From the NCBI GenBank assembly GCA_002269645.1, contig NIVC01001618.1, forward strand, positions 1-51,325: a DNA stretch of 51,325 nt, written 5' to 3'. The notes beneath the pieces were generated by a model. That model was not told the origin of the DNA, made no database searches, and was given only the letters and a program-made list of their open reading frames with translations. Shown one piece after another: positions 24,060 to 35,700 of the stretch. The stretch's first letter is position 1. Every line of letters starts with the position of its first letter. The position numbers and the translations under genes are program-made. This stretch comes from Macrostomum lignano. Lineage: Eukaryota.

Positions 24060-25230
24060 ATAGAGGCCTATTCAAAAAGCCTAAAAATTTGAGCAAAAAC
24101 TGAAGATATACCTTTATATCATTTATATACAAAGGGCATGCAATGTATTCTGCACAAATGCCTATTATGATAAAACAGTGAAGGGCACAGTCATACTACA
24201 TATGTCATAACTCAACATAGTCTCTATCTAATGCAATGCACTTTTGCCATTGTCACTCCAGCTTCTTGATCCCCTCCTCAAAACAGGTTTGTGGAAGCTA
24301 CAAAATTGACTTTCTTCATAGTAGCCCAAATCTCCTCTACTATGAAGTGGATATCATGCAAGGGATCTTTGAGCTATACAAACAGGTGGTAGTTGCTGGG
24401 GGCTAGGTGTGGGAGTAGCTGCCACTTCAGTTGTCGAATTTTGGCCATAGACAAACATGTTATGTGCACTTGTGCATTGTCCTAAAGGAGGAGCGAATGA
24501 CCATGGATCTTTCCAAGTCTGACTTTGGGCAGTTTCTGATAGACTTCTTCTAGCAAAGTGCTATAACAGGTAGCAGTGATACTTGTCTTTAGAGAATAGA
24601 AGTCAGTATGGATGATTCCCTTATAGTTGCAAAATATAGTGAGTTGAAACTTGCCAATAGAGAGGGACCTGACTTGGCATGAACTAGTCAAGATTCATCA
24701 GGACCCACCCACTGCATCCATTGGCACTTGGTCTTAGGTAGGAAGTATAGCAAAGGGGTTTTATCAAAGGTTATGATGCATTGCCAGAAATGGTCACCTA
24801 TGTCTTCTAACATATTGATATACATAGTCACATAGGCCACCCTTCTTCCTTTCTACTTAGCCATTAGTAGCCTTGGGACCAATAGAGAGTTAAGCTTCTT
24901 TATCTGCAAATCCCCATGGACAATCTTCTCCAAAGAGCCACAAGAGATACCTATGGATTACCTCCATTTCATCAAATGTGAGCCATTGGTCTTTGTCTAC
25001 GAGGGTCTATACACAGTCTATATTCTGTTTTATTGCTACAGTCAATAGACCTTTATTGCATACATCATCTTTGAGGTCATGTTGCCTAGCAGCAAAGTAG
25101 GCAATCCACTTACTCACTATGGATCTGTTAGGAGCTAAGTCACTATAATGTGCTTATAGGCATTTGGCAGCCTTATTCAGTGTTAATCCTTCTTTATATC
25201 AGAAATAGGTGATTGCCTTCCATTTATTTT
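24060..25230 (-). mobile_element. Second decayed mariner (different family); boundaries approximate
   Basis: Minus-strand remnants YKEGLTLNKAA...APNRSIVSKWI, TIFCNYKGIIHTDF...LL*DNAQVH, LAPSNYHLF and WQKCIALDRDYVEL*. Confidence 0.8.
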
Positions 25231-25799
25231 AGTAGGTGCATAGCTAGGATTTATATCAAGGAGGGACAGAAACATAAATTCATCTCTAATATTAGCAATA
25301 GAAGCAAAAAAACGAAATCAATAAAAAAATTTTTCCCCTTCTAGAGGGGGGGGACATGTCCTTAGTGTCCCCCCTCCCCATTGGCTATGCCCCTGATTTT
25401 TTAATGAATTTGAGTATTTGGAAAAGGAAAATAGATGCATCATTTATTATCTAGATAATTAAGGACTATTAATGTGAGTTGAATGAAAAATTCAATATTA
25501 TTAGATAATACAATGTACTGTCTGGACCATATATAGAAATAAGTACTTCTCTGTTTTAATTCAAGTAGGAACCCCTTGGCCTAGTACAAAATACATTATA
25601 TATCCTTCAACCATTGCAAGTCATACCTGTCATATGCCTAAAAATTTATAAAACTGTTATATTTTCATACATAATCTTTTTATCATGCTCAGTAAAGTAG
25701 ATGTAGACCTATATAAATAAGTATTAATTTATTAAAAATTAGTAAATAATAATAATAATTTTATAGTCTAGGCCTATACACTCAGTTGTTTTAAGCATT

Positions 25800-25967
25800 C
25801 ATGCACAACTTTGGGAATCACCTAGCCATTTCAATTGGCAACACATACATGTAAGTTGCTATTGGCTAAGAGCAGTCACGTGACTACTATTCCGTCCAAT
25901 AGCAACTTACATGTGTTTGTTGCAAATAGAAATAGCTGAGTGAATCCCAAAGTTGCGCCCAAGCATG
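25800..25967. mobile_element. Palindromic MITE-like element, copy A
   Basis: Long imperfect hairpin bounded by CATG...GTTGCGCCCAAGCATG; clearly homologous to 35419-35563. Confidence 0.75.
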
Positions 25968-26079
25968 GTTTTAAGCATTTATTAGGTTAGAATAGAAGGC
26001 TAATATAGGTTGTATTTATAAAAAAGCATAGCTTAGGCCCTAGGGCCTAGTAAATAATTTGTATATTCTTTATTTGGCA

Positions 26080-26465
26080 ATCTTTTGGTTTCCCACTCTA
26101 AATTATTTTAATGCTTTTTTCAAACTTTTCAGAGTTGCAGAAGCATAGAAGCAGAAGCATACGTTCAGGTAAAGTTCAGGTAAGTTGCTGAAGTGACATA
26201 GCAATGTCACAGGTCTCGCAATTCCTGCTATTGGTAAACGGGTGGTGTCTCGCCATCCAATGCATTGCCTCGTCAACATTGGGCACCAATGCAACTAGTC
26301 CTCAATGATTAACATCAATGTCATACAGAACTATGCTTTTGAGGACTTCGGCGGCTGGGACAATGGTCTGCGGCGCAGGAGGTCGACCAGCCATACTAGC
26401 AGTAGCTGAAAAGTTTGAAAAAAGCGTTAAAATAACTTAGAGTGGGAAAACGAAAGATCACCCTT
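26080..26465. mobile_element. MITE-like element with about 55-bp imperfect TIRs
   Basis: TTTCCCACTCTAAAATTATTTTAATGCTTTTTTCAAACTTTTCAG on the left is the reverse complement (few mismatches) of CTGAAAAGTTTGAAAAAAGCGTTAAAATAACTTAGAGTGGGAAA on the right. Confidence 0.65.
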
Positions 26466-28070
26466 TATTCTATTCTAGGAACTCTCATTCTATTCTTATT
26501 TGTCTCCCAGGGGGCGGGGGGCACTGATGGCTAGTAAGATAATTGTAGACTGGATGTTGTATCAGATTGACTGAGGCCGATGGGTTTGATTGAGACTTCT
26601 TATTAAATTTAAGTTTTTTCTTAAATTTAATAAGAAATTAAGAATTTAATAAAATTATTTAAAATCATAAAAAATTATTAGAAAGAGACGAGAGAATAAA
26701 CGGATAAGCTAATAATGCAGATTAATTGTAGATAGACCTGGTTGTTCATTATCAGGTAAAGTTAGAAAAGCAACACTGGACCAAAGTGGTCAAAACAAGG
26801 CAAGCTGGCAAGCTATGAGTTAGACTTCGCGGATCAGTGTCTTAACTTAACTTTCAACTAAAATTTCTTAGAAGAAGACACTTTAAAAGTTGTGTTAACA
26901 TGATTAAACAAATTATTTCTGATATTTGCATACTGTTCAATCCAGAAAATGCTAAGTGAAATATTACCTAATAGTGATTAAAGTTCTGCTTTTTTCAGAC
27001 GTTGTGTTCTATCAAAACTAATAATCACTTTTTTAGCCGATGGAGGAGGAGAATCGCACTCACTGTATTGTTATTTTGTTATTCAGTAAGTTACCAAATA
27101 GCGCTCTAAAAGTTTAACTTCGGTTAGTAAAATTGGAACAAAAATGAATTCGCTTGTGCAAACCAATGCTTATTCTCTACTGAAAGCATGTAGAATCATG
27201 CCTTTAGCTTCACGTACAAAGTGAGTCTGCATTTTGCTTAGGGGCCTAGGCCCTTATCTTATATCTTAGGCCTTCAATGGGCTGGTTAGGCCTGTGCCTA
27301 ACGGATGACATGGCCATTTGTATTTGTAGCTATTACATTTTTTAATTTTATTATTTACTGCGAGAGTCAAAAAATCTCTATACTATAGCATTGCCATGCC
27401 ATTTACTAGGCATTCTAATGAGATTTTGAAAATTTGGAATTTAGTCTTTTTTTCTTCTTTATATGATAGATAATGCCTGTATGAGCATTTTGACACCTCC
27501 CATATAAAATTTGGTCAAATAATAAAAAAGTTGTGACACATTTTGTGTCAAAAATTTTGTCTAGGTTCGTAATGCATTTTTCCCATAAGGGACTGTGATC
27601 ATTTTGGTATCAAAAAGAGCATTTTTTTATTTAAACATCTATAACTTTTTTTTTAGTTGGTCAATTTTTATGCACAATTTGTCATTTTTTTGCAAATTTT
27701 TCAGGCTTTTAGAACATGCTATTGTCTATATTATACAGTACCTTTGTTATATTTTATGACATTCTTTTTCAGGGATCATTTACAAAAATTGTGAATTTTG
27801 CGGATAAAAAAATTTGACCAGTCATAACTTTTCTGTATTTTGCCCACATTTAGTGTCCAATATGTCATTCTTTCTTATATTTCCAGAAGGACATATTAAT
27901 ACATGTTTGGCATATTATGTTTTTACTTCATAATCAGTAGACTCTGTTTAGTATGTAGTAATTTAGTAGTATGCAAACTCAAAACTGATCAGTTTATAAT
28001 GCTGCTGTGACCTTTTTCTTCTTCCAGCTACTGACTGAGCTAGCCTGCTAGCCTACCTAAGCTTTGCTTC

Positions 28071-28420
28071 TTGAGTTTGACCTTGTCTCTTCTTGCCATG
28101 AGCACCTCCCAGGCCACCAAGTCTGGTACAGATGTGGCAACCCAGCCTCCTGATACTGACACACACCAGGCATCAGTGAAGGAGGTGCTGGAAGTCTTTG
28201 CTGGTGGTGGCATGCATGGCCAGCGGGCTGTGCGTGCCCATATCGGAGCTGCCCTTCTGGCTAATGTCACTGAGCTGCATCTGTTCAATAGGCTGCAAAA
28301 GCTCAGGGCAAAGGCCACGAAGCTCTCAAAGCTGAAGACCGCGAGTCGCCAGAGGGACTTCAACGAGTTCTTGTCCAGCCCCTTTGTCATTCAAGGTTGT
28401 GCCCGCGGTGCTCTGCCTGT
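28071..28420 (+). pseudogene. GC-rich coding-like remnant, probably transposon-derived
   Basis: Open frame ...VRAHIGAALLANVTELHLFNRLQKLRAKATKLSKLKTASRQRDFNEFLSSPF in an otherwise AT-rich block; family not recognised. Confidence 0.3.
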
Positions 28421-29599
28421 GACTCCATCATCGTGCAGTATTGAACTGCCTAAATGTATGCACATATATAGTACATGTACATGCCATTGTATAAAAATGG
28501 ACTTCCGACTCCCTTACAGAACACTAAAGAGTCAAAGTTACAGCTTATATACTGCTATATCCATGATTAAATGTCTCAGTATCTATGTCTCAGACACACA
28601 GACAATGAAGACATAGTCCGGAGCACCAGATTGACTGCCGATGAATAGCCTGAAAATGCAAAGCATGGGGGTGGGTAATTTTGAAGTGAGCGCGCTTGAA
28701 CGCGCGTCGATGAATTTCTCTACTTTTTTTTACATTGTTTTCTTCCGGAATTGTTGCGCATTTTTAAGGGGGTGACGTCGCGGGGAGAAGGCTTATTTCT
28801 TATAGAAAAATTAGTTAAAAGTTTTTTTTTTCGTTTTTAAGCAACAAAAAATGTATGAAAACTTTTTTATTCCTTCTAGAAACAATATTTAACTCCGTAT
28901 CTTTGTTAATAAAAAAGAATTTATATGATACCTATAACAGCTTTCTCATAATTTCAAATTGAATTTACCGTCCATTTTTCACGATACGGCTTCATTTTTT
29001 CATATTTGCCAAATTTTGACCTCTTTTTAATGGACTATAACTTTTGTATTATACACGGTACACGCAAGTGGTTGGTGTCATTTTAAAGATAAACTCTTCT
29101 TCTTTCGATTGCATACTCATTCTTTCTATAACTCCGTTTATTTGATATAGTTTTTTATGTTCAAAGTTAGGGTACTTTTTGCCACTTTTCCAGTTTTTCA
29201 ATGGTCACGTGACCCTCACTGGAGTCCCTACATTTACTCACATTGCCATTTAAAGTGTTGAATTTATTATTCATAATAAAAATAGGCCTAGTAACATTTC
29301 ACAATTTTATAGAGTTCCACTGTAGCTAAAGACATGGTCATGGGAAGTTATAGATAGCCTATAGAGGTTTTTGGCAAAGCATATGAATATAGATAGGATA
29401 GGCTTAGGTTATAAGACATAGTCATACATTTTGGTATCTAGTCAATCTAGGTATCAAGCAACAGGACAATCTAATTGATGATAGACAATTCAATGATAGT
29501 CAAAATGCCAACAATCAATTTGGCAATAAAGTGTAATAAAAAGCTATTACAATATATGTAAATTGGCTAGGCCTATTGTCATTTAAACAGATTAGAAAG

Positions 29600-30540
29600 C
29601 TTAAATAATATATAATATTTAGGCAATTGCTAAGTTCTATTTGTTAAATTATTTTGACTCTAGAAAAGTACTGTACAACCTATTTTAAGTACAAATAGCT
29701 ATTTTTAAGAGACAAGCATTAGTTTCATGCTTCAAAACTTGTTATAATATATCTGACATCAAAAAGCCGCAATAGATTAGTCTATGGCCAAAACATTAAT
29801 ATGTGAAATAGAAAAAAAAATATTATTGTTTATAGTCAAACTGCCAATTAACAGCAAAATTTTTATATATTACAGTATTGAGAAATCTATAATAGGATAT
29901 GCCCAAATGGTTTTACACCTTTTCACGTTCAATTTTGAACAAAGTCCAGTTCTAAAAAAACTAGCAGAAATTCAATTCAGACAATTCAGACTGGGGCAAC
30001 AAACCCCAGTTCAAAACATTCTGCTACGGAAGCGAGGTTTAGCCATAGACAAAATTGTCCCCAGTCTGAATTGTCTGAATTGAATTTCCGCTAGTTTTTT
30101 TAGAACTGGATTTTGTTCAAAATTGAACGTGAAAAGGTGTATTAGGTTCAGTTAATGCTATAATTCCTCTAAGTAATTTTAAATAGGGCTTGTGAAGTCC
30201 CATGCATGGTGCATAGCATGGCGCACAGCCTTGCTAAATTTAGGACTTTACTTTTATTTATTTGTTATTTGTCAATTTGTTAAAGATCATTGATATTTAG
30301 ACTTGACCATAGACCTTTTTCAAGGCAAAGAATGTTCAAACATTCTGGCCATAGACTTTTGCGGCTTTCCGATGTCAGGTATATTATAACAAGTTTTGAA
30401 GCATAGAATTAGTGCCTAGTCAGGCTTAAGTCTCCTAAAAGTATTTATTTATACTTGAAATAGTTTATACATTACTTTTCTAGAATCAAAATAATTTTTA
30501 TGAATGGAACTTGACAGTTGCCAATATCTATAATATATAA
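29600..30540. repeat. Long inverted-repeat (foldback-like) element, arms about 29600-29800 and 30335-30540
   Basis: For example ATGCTTCAAAACTTGTTATAATATATCTGACATC is mirrored by GATGTCAGGTATATTATAACAAGTTTTGAAGCAT. Confidence 0.7.
29916..30139. mobile_element. 224-bp hairpin MITE with TA target duplication (Tc1/mariner-like)
   Basis: TA|CACCTTTTCACGTTCAATTTTGAAC...GTTCAAAATTGAACGTGAAAAGGTG|TA; about 80-bp near-perfect arms. Confidence 0.85.
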
Positions 30541-30698
30541 TAATATTACAATTATTATTGCTAATATTTTTTTATTATAGGCAAAAAAGTTTGATATGAT
30601 GCCCTAAATTGTATCAAAAGTATATCTATAATATAATACAATAGATATTGATTCCTAATATTAAGGTTTCCTTATAGATATTTAAACAGATATTTAAA

Positions 30699-32183
30699 AT
30701 GATCATCTATAACTTTTAACAAAATTGACCTTCTTCAACTATCTTTTCATCAAATATTTAAGCAATTGTTGGATATTAAATAAGCATTCATTTATTTACT
30801 AAAGTAACCATATTTTTAAAATACATTAATTCAAAGATTGTTTAGCAACACTCTGATTAGGACATTATTTTACCATTGATTAAAATTGTTTTGATCATAG
30901 CAGCCTAAAGATAGTTAAAAATTATTTAACTTTTTACATGTGTCTCAACTTTTTCAGCTACTGCCTTGATGCTAAGATATTCAATACTAAACATTGCTTT
31001 GCACAAACTTACATTAGAAATTTTACTTATTTTTAATCAATATTTGTTTAGCTGCTATATCCTTGTTTTTTATCAGAATCTTGTCAAATTCTAGTCATAG
31101 CTATAAGATGTGTCAAAAAAGTTCCAAGACTAAAGTCCTACAGCACAACTTTTAGGTGCACTATCAATTTGCAGTTTGTTGAAGGCTGATACACCTCATA
31201 TATATCTACTATAAAGTAAAGAGTAAGCCTTGACATCTCAGAAATTGAGTAGGACTTTGCAGGGTAGTCTATAGACATAGCAAGAGGCAAATGTTGCCTA
31301 TTCCTTTAGCTCTTAAAAGCCCAGCAGGGTTGTGACAGGCAGATAGGCAAAAGCAAGGTGGTCAGGATGGTTCACTAGCTATGGCTCATTTTGCAATGTG
31401 GTCTTCCATAGGGGGGAAAGTGGCTCATCTTGTTGCCTAGATAAACTGAGTGATGTTGTTGGGTTGGCAAACCTCATCAATAGATGGGTTCAGCTTGAGT
31501 TAGCATATCTAGTCTTTGGTAAAGGAAGGGTAAAGAAAGGGCAATGGCAGACAATGCTGCTAAGCATCTTAATTATAATTAATAAAAGGGCTAATTATAA
31601 TTAAAAGTTTGTTTTCAAGTTTGCCTTAGAGGAAATAGTGCCTATCAAGGTAGCCATGGCCAAAAAGGTCATGATAAAGGTATGAATATCTTTCTGTTTT
31701 GGTTTGGAAGGATATTCCTGAGCCTGCAAAAGCTGACATTTCATTTTAAAGCTAACATTGTGTATTGACATGACTAGAATTTGACAAGATTCTGATGAAA
31801 AACAAGGACACAGCAGCTGAACAAAAATCAGTAAAATTTCCAAATATGAGTTTGCATAAAGCAATGTTTAGTTTTAAATATCTCAGCATCAGTGTAGTCT
31901 TTTGTGGTGGCTGAGATGTCATTTTAAAGCTGATATAGATATAAAAAGTTAATCAAAGCATTTTTTTAAACTAGCTTTTAAGCTGCTACAATTGAAACAA
32001 ATTTAGTCAAAGGTAAAGCGATGTCTAATCAGAGTGTTGATAAGCAATTTTTGAATTAATGTATCTCAAAGATTTTTACTAAAGTAAATAAATTAAAGCT
32101 TATTCGATGCCCAACAATTGATTAGATGTTTGCTAAAAAGATGATTGAAGCAGGTCATTTTGTTAAAAGTTACAGACAATCAT
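30699..32183. repeat. Foldback-like element with about 400-bp diverged inverted arms (30699-31098 and 31770-32183)
   Basis: ATCAGAATCTTGTCAAATTCTAGTCAT is mirrored by ATGACTAGAATTTGACAAGATTCTGAT; TAACTTTTAACAAAATTGACC by GGTCATTTTGTTAAAAGTTA. Confidence 0.75.
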
Positions 32184-32799
32184 GCCTGACATTGATTCTT
32201 ACATTTCCCTCACATTGATTCCTATTATCTAATTCCTATATCTATTAATACTAATACCACTCAACTGAGATTTAAAAGGTCAATTGAGCTATTGATTTGA
32301 TGGGGTAGGATAGTAAAAATGATGAATGTTGCCAGTTTCAAATTGGAGGGAACTCTTAAGTCCCTAGAATTTAAGACTTGTATGAGCTTATATGTATCAA
32401 TATAGATTTTTAATGCCCTAGTCCCTATAGTTAAAGACTAGGAATACCAGTCATTTTGATAAGACATATTGGTGATGGACACTGGCAACAAGACATATAG
32501 ATTGCTATATATTATTTTTATAACTCATTGATTAATTAACAATCAACTAATCAGTATGCATGTCAAAGTCTAGAAAATCTTAGGCCTACTATAAATTCCA
32601 GTATGCTCAATGAATTTGAACTTGTTATTCAGGCCAGCATACAGGCTAGCATAACTTCAAGCCAAAGTTAAGTAGACTTGCTATTATAGCTATTATAGAT
32701 AAAATAAATATCAAGTCATTTATAAATAAATTTGGTATTCTAATGAGAAACTAAAGTGAATGAGAAAGGCACTCTTCCAAATGAAAAAAGTCATGAGCT

Positions 32800-35700
32800 A
32801 TGCTTGTTCAAACTTTGGCCGCCAGGGCTCACTGGGCCAGCGTGGAGATGGGCCCACCGGACCCGATCCTGGGCGTTACCGAGGCGTTCAAGCGGGACAA
32901 GAATCCCAAGAAGATGAACCTCGGCGTTGGCGCCTACAGAGACGACACTGGCAAGCCATTTGTGCTGCCTTCGGTGCGCAAAGCTGAGGAGCAGCTGATG
33001 GCCCAGAAACTGGACAAGGTGAAACAGACAGCTTTTTATCTTATAAAATTTCCCACGAAATTGTAGCAATCTGTAAATAACTCCTGCCTAGTGGTGGGTC
33101 TGGAGCTGCTCCAGCTGTGATCATTTTAGCTGCTGAATTGGGCTGATGAGTCGCTCATTTGAATAAGCCGCATTTTTGCTCTGCCAAACCTCTGTTGACG
33201 CCGCAGACTGCGTTCAAAATCGTCCTTCAAATTTAGAACTGATCTTTGAGAATCGAGTCTTGAAAATGTCGCTTATCGAGAATCGCCTACTTTAGAACTA
33301 ACCATAAAGATTCAACCACTGAGAATCACTCATCGAGAATCTTTAATGAAGAATCTCACACGATGAGAATCACTCATCGGGAATCATTAATGAAGAATCA
33401 CACACTAAAAATCACTCGTCAAATCATTAATGAAGAATCACCCACTGATAATCACTCTTCAAGAATCATTCATGAAGAATCACCCACTGATAATCACTCA
33501 TTGAGAATCAATGATGAAGAATCACCCACTGATAATCACTCATTGAGAATCAATGATGAAGAATCACCCACTGAGAATCACTCATCGAGAATCATTAATG
33601 AAGAATCACTCATCGAGAATCATTAATGAAGAATCACTCATCGAGAATCATTAATAAAGAATCACTCATCGAGAATCAGTAATGAACAATCAATCACTGA
33701 GAATAATTATTGAAAAATCACCCACCTAGAATCGTTAATGAAGAATCACACACTAAAAATCACCCATCGAGAATCATTATTGAAGAATCACTCATCGAGA
33801 ATCAGTAATGAACAATCAATCACTGAGAATAATTATTGAAAAATCACCCACCTAGAATCGTTAATGAAGAATCACACACTAAAAATCACCCATCGAGAAT
33901 CATTATTGAAGAATCACTCACTAAGTATCACTCACCGAAAACCATTAATGAAGAATCAGTCACCGAGAATCATTAATGAAGAATTACTCACTGAGAATCA
34001 TTAAGGAAGAATTACTCACTGAGAATCATTAAAGAAGAATTACTCACTGAGAATCATTAAGGAAGAATTACTCACTGAGAATCACTCGAGAATCATCCAT
34101 GACATACGAGGGTCACTCAGAAAGTTCTTAGCCTGAACACGAAAACAGCAACAAATGAACTAAAAAACGACTACAAGTGCTCAAAATACTCTCCACCGGC
34201 ATTGATACAGGCTTGCATCCTGTGAAACCAGCTGTCGAAGCAATGCCGCCAATCCTCATCCCGGAGCTCCTCGATGATGTTTTTGAACTCATTTACAGCT
34301 TCTTCCGGTGAAGAAAAAACCTGGCCCTTCAGAATCTCCTTGCACTTCGGAAACAGAAAAAAGTCGCACGGTGCCAGGTCTGGACTGTAAGCAGGGTGAG
34401 TCATCAGCTGGACCCCACAGTCAGCCAGAAACTCCAGAGTTTGAGCCGCCGTGTGCGCGCTGGCGTTGTCGTGGTGCAGAAGCACCCCGCGCAATCCGCA
34501 CCTTGGGCGCCTCTGGCTCACAGCAGAAAAGACCTTGGGCAGGCAAACCGTTGTGTACCAGTCAGCGGTGACTGTCTGGCGATCTTCAAGTGAAACGGAA
34601 GCCACATGCCCAGTGCGCATGAAGAAACAGGCCACCATCTGCTTGCCGACACTCCGGCTGCGTCGAAACTTTGTGGGGCTGTCCTCGTCTCCAAAGGTCC
34701 ACATGGCTGACTGGCGCTTGCTTTCGGGGTCGTATTGATAAATCCAGGTCTCATCGCCCGTGAGGATGTCCCAGATACGCCGGCTGGTCCCGGATTCGAA
34801 TTTCTGCAGCATGAATCGGCACCAAGCCACCCTGGTGTCCTTCTGCACGTCCGACAGCTGATGGGGGATCCACCGGGAAGCCAGCTTCCGCACTCCAAGG
34901 TGTTCGTGCATAATGGCGTGCACACTCCCCGATCCAATACCGATCTCCTGCTGGATCTGCTGGTAGGTCACTCGCCGGTCAGCGGCAATCATGCTGGACA
35001 CAGCGCAGATATTTTCTGGAGTCACTGCGTCACAGGGTCTCCCGGATCGATGTTCATCTTCGAGGCTTTCTCGACCTCGGCGAAACTCAGCGAACCAGTT
35101 TTTGACGGTTGCGTATGAAGGACATACATGGGTGAAAACGTTCTGTAAAGTTTGATACGATTCGGCCGGCGACTTGCCTTGCTTGAAGTGCAGGTACATC
35201 ATTGCTCTGAAGTCGCGATTTTCCAGCTTCATTGTTGAATTGAAGAACTCAGGGGGTGAACTGACTTTAACTCGCTGCAGTGGACTCAAAAGTGGCTGCT
35301 TCTGTTTGAAATTTTTGCTGCGATACTTTTAAAAGTTGGTCTTTACCATAGACAAATTTCATGCTTCTACGTCTCGTGGATCCTACTCAGGCTAAAGACT
35401 TTCTGAGTGACCCTCGTACATGCGCAACCTTGGGAATCGTTCGGCCGTTTCTATTGGCAACACACACACAGTCACGTGGCTACACTTCCATCCAATAGCG
35501 ACTTAAATGTGTGTGTTGCCAATAGAAATGGCCGGATGAATCCCTAGGTTGCGCCCAAGCATGATCCATGAGAAGTCGCCCATTGCGAAAAGCCTACCGA
35601 TAATTCACTATCAATTTTTAGCGTTGACTGTCGCTCTTTGGAAATCACCCCTTGAAAATTGCCCCATTACGAGTGGCCTCCAACGCCAACCTAATGCAGG

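Noticed and set aside
28676-29250. Kolobok-like TTAA-GGGGG terminus
   Set aside because: No matching opposite terminus found; noted only as a CpG-retaining island.
34308-35118. Overlapping ORFs within the mariner and Gypsy elements
   Set aside because: Shadow frames of GC-rich coding sequence.
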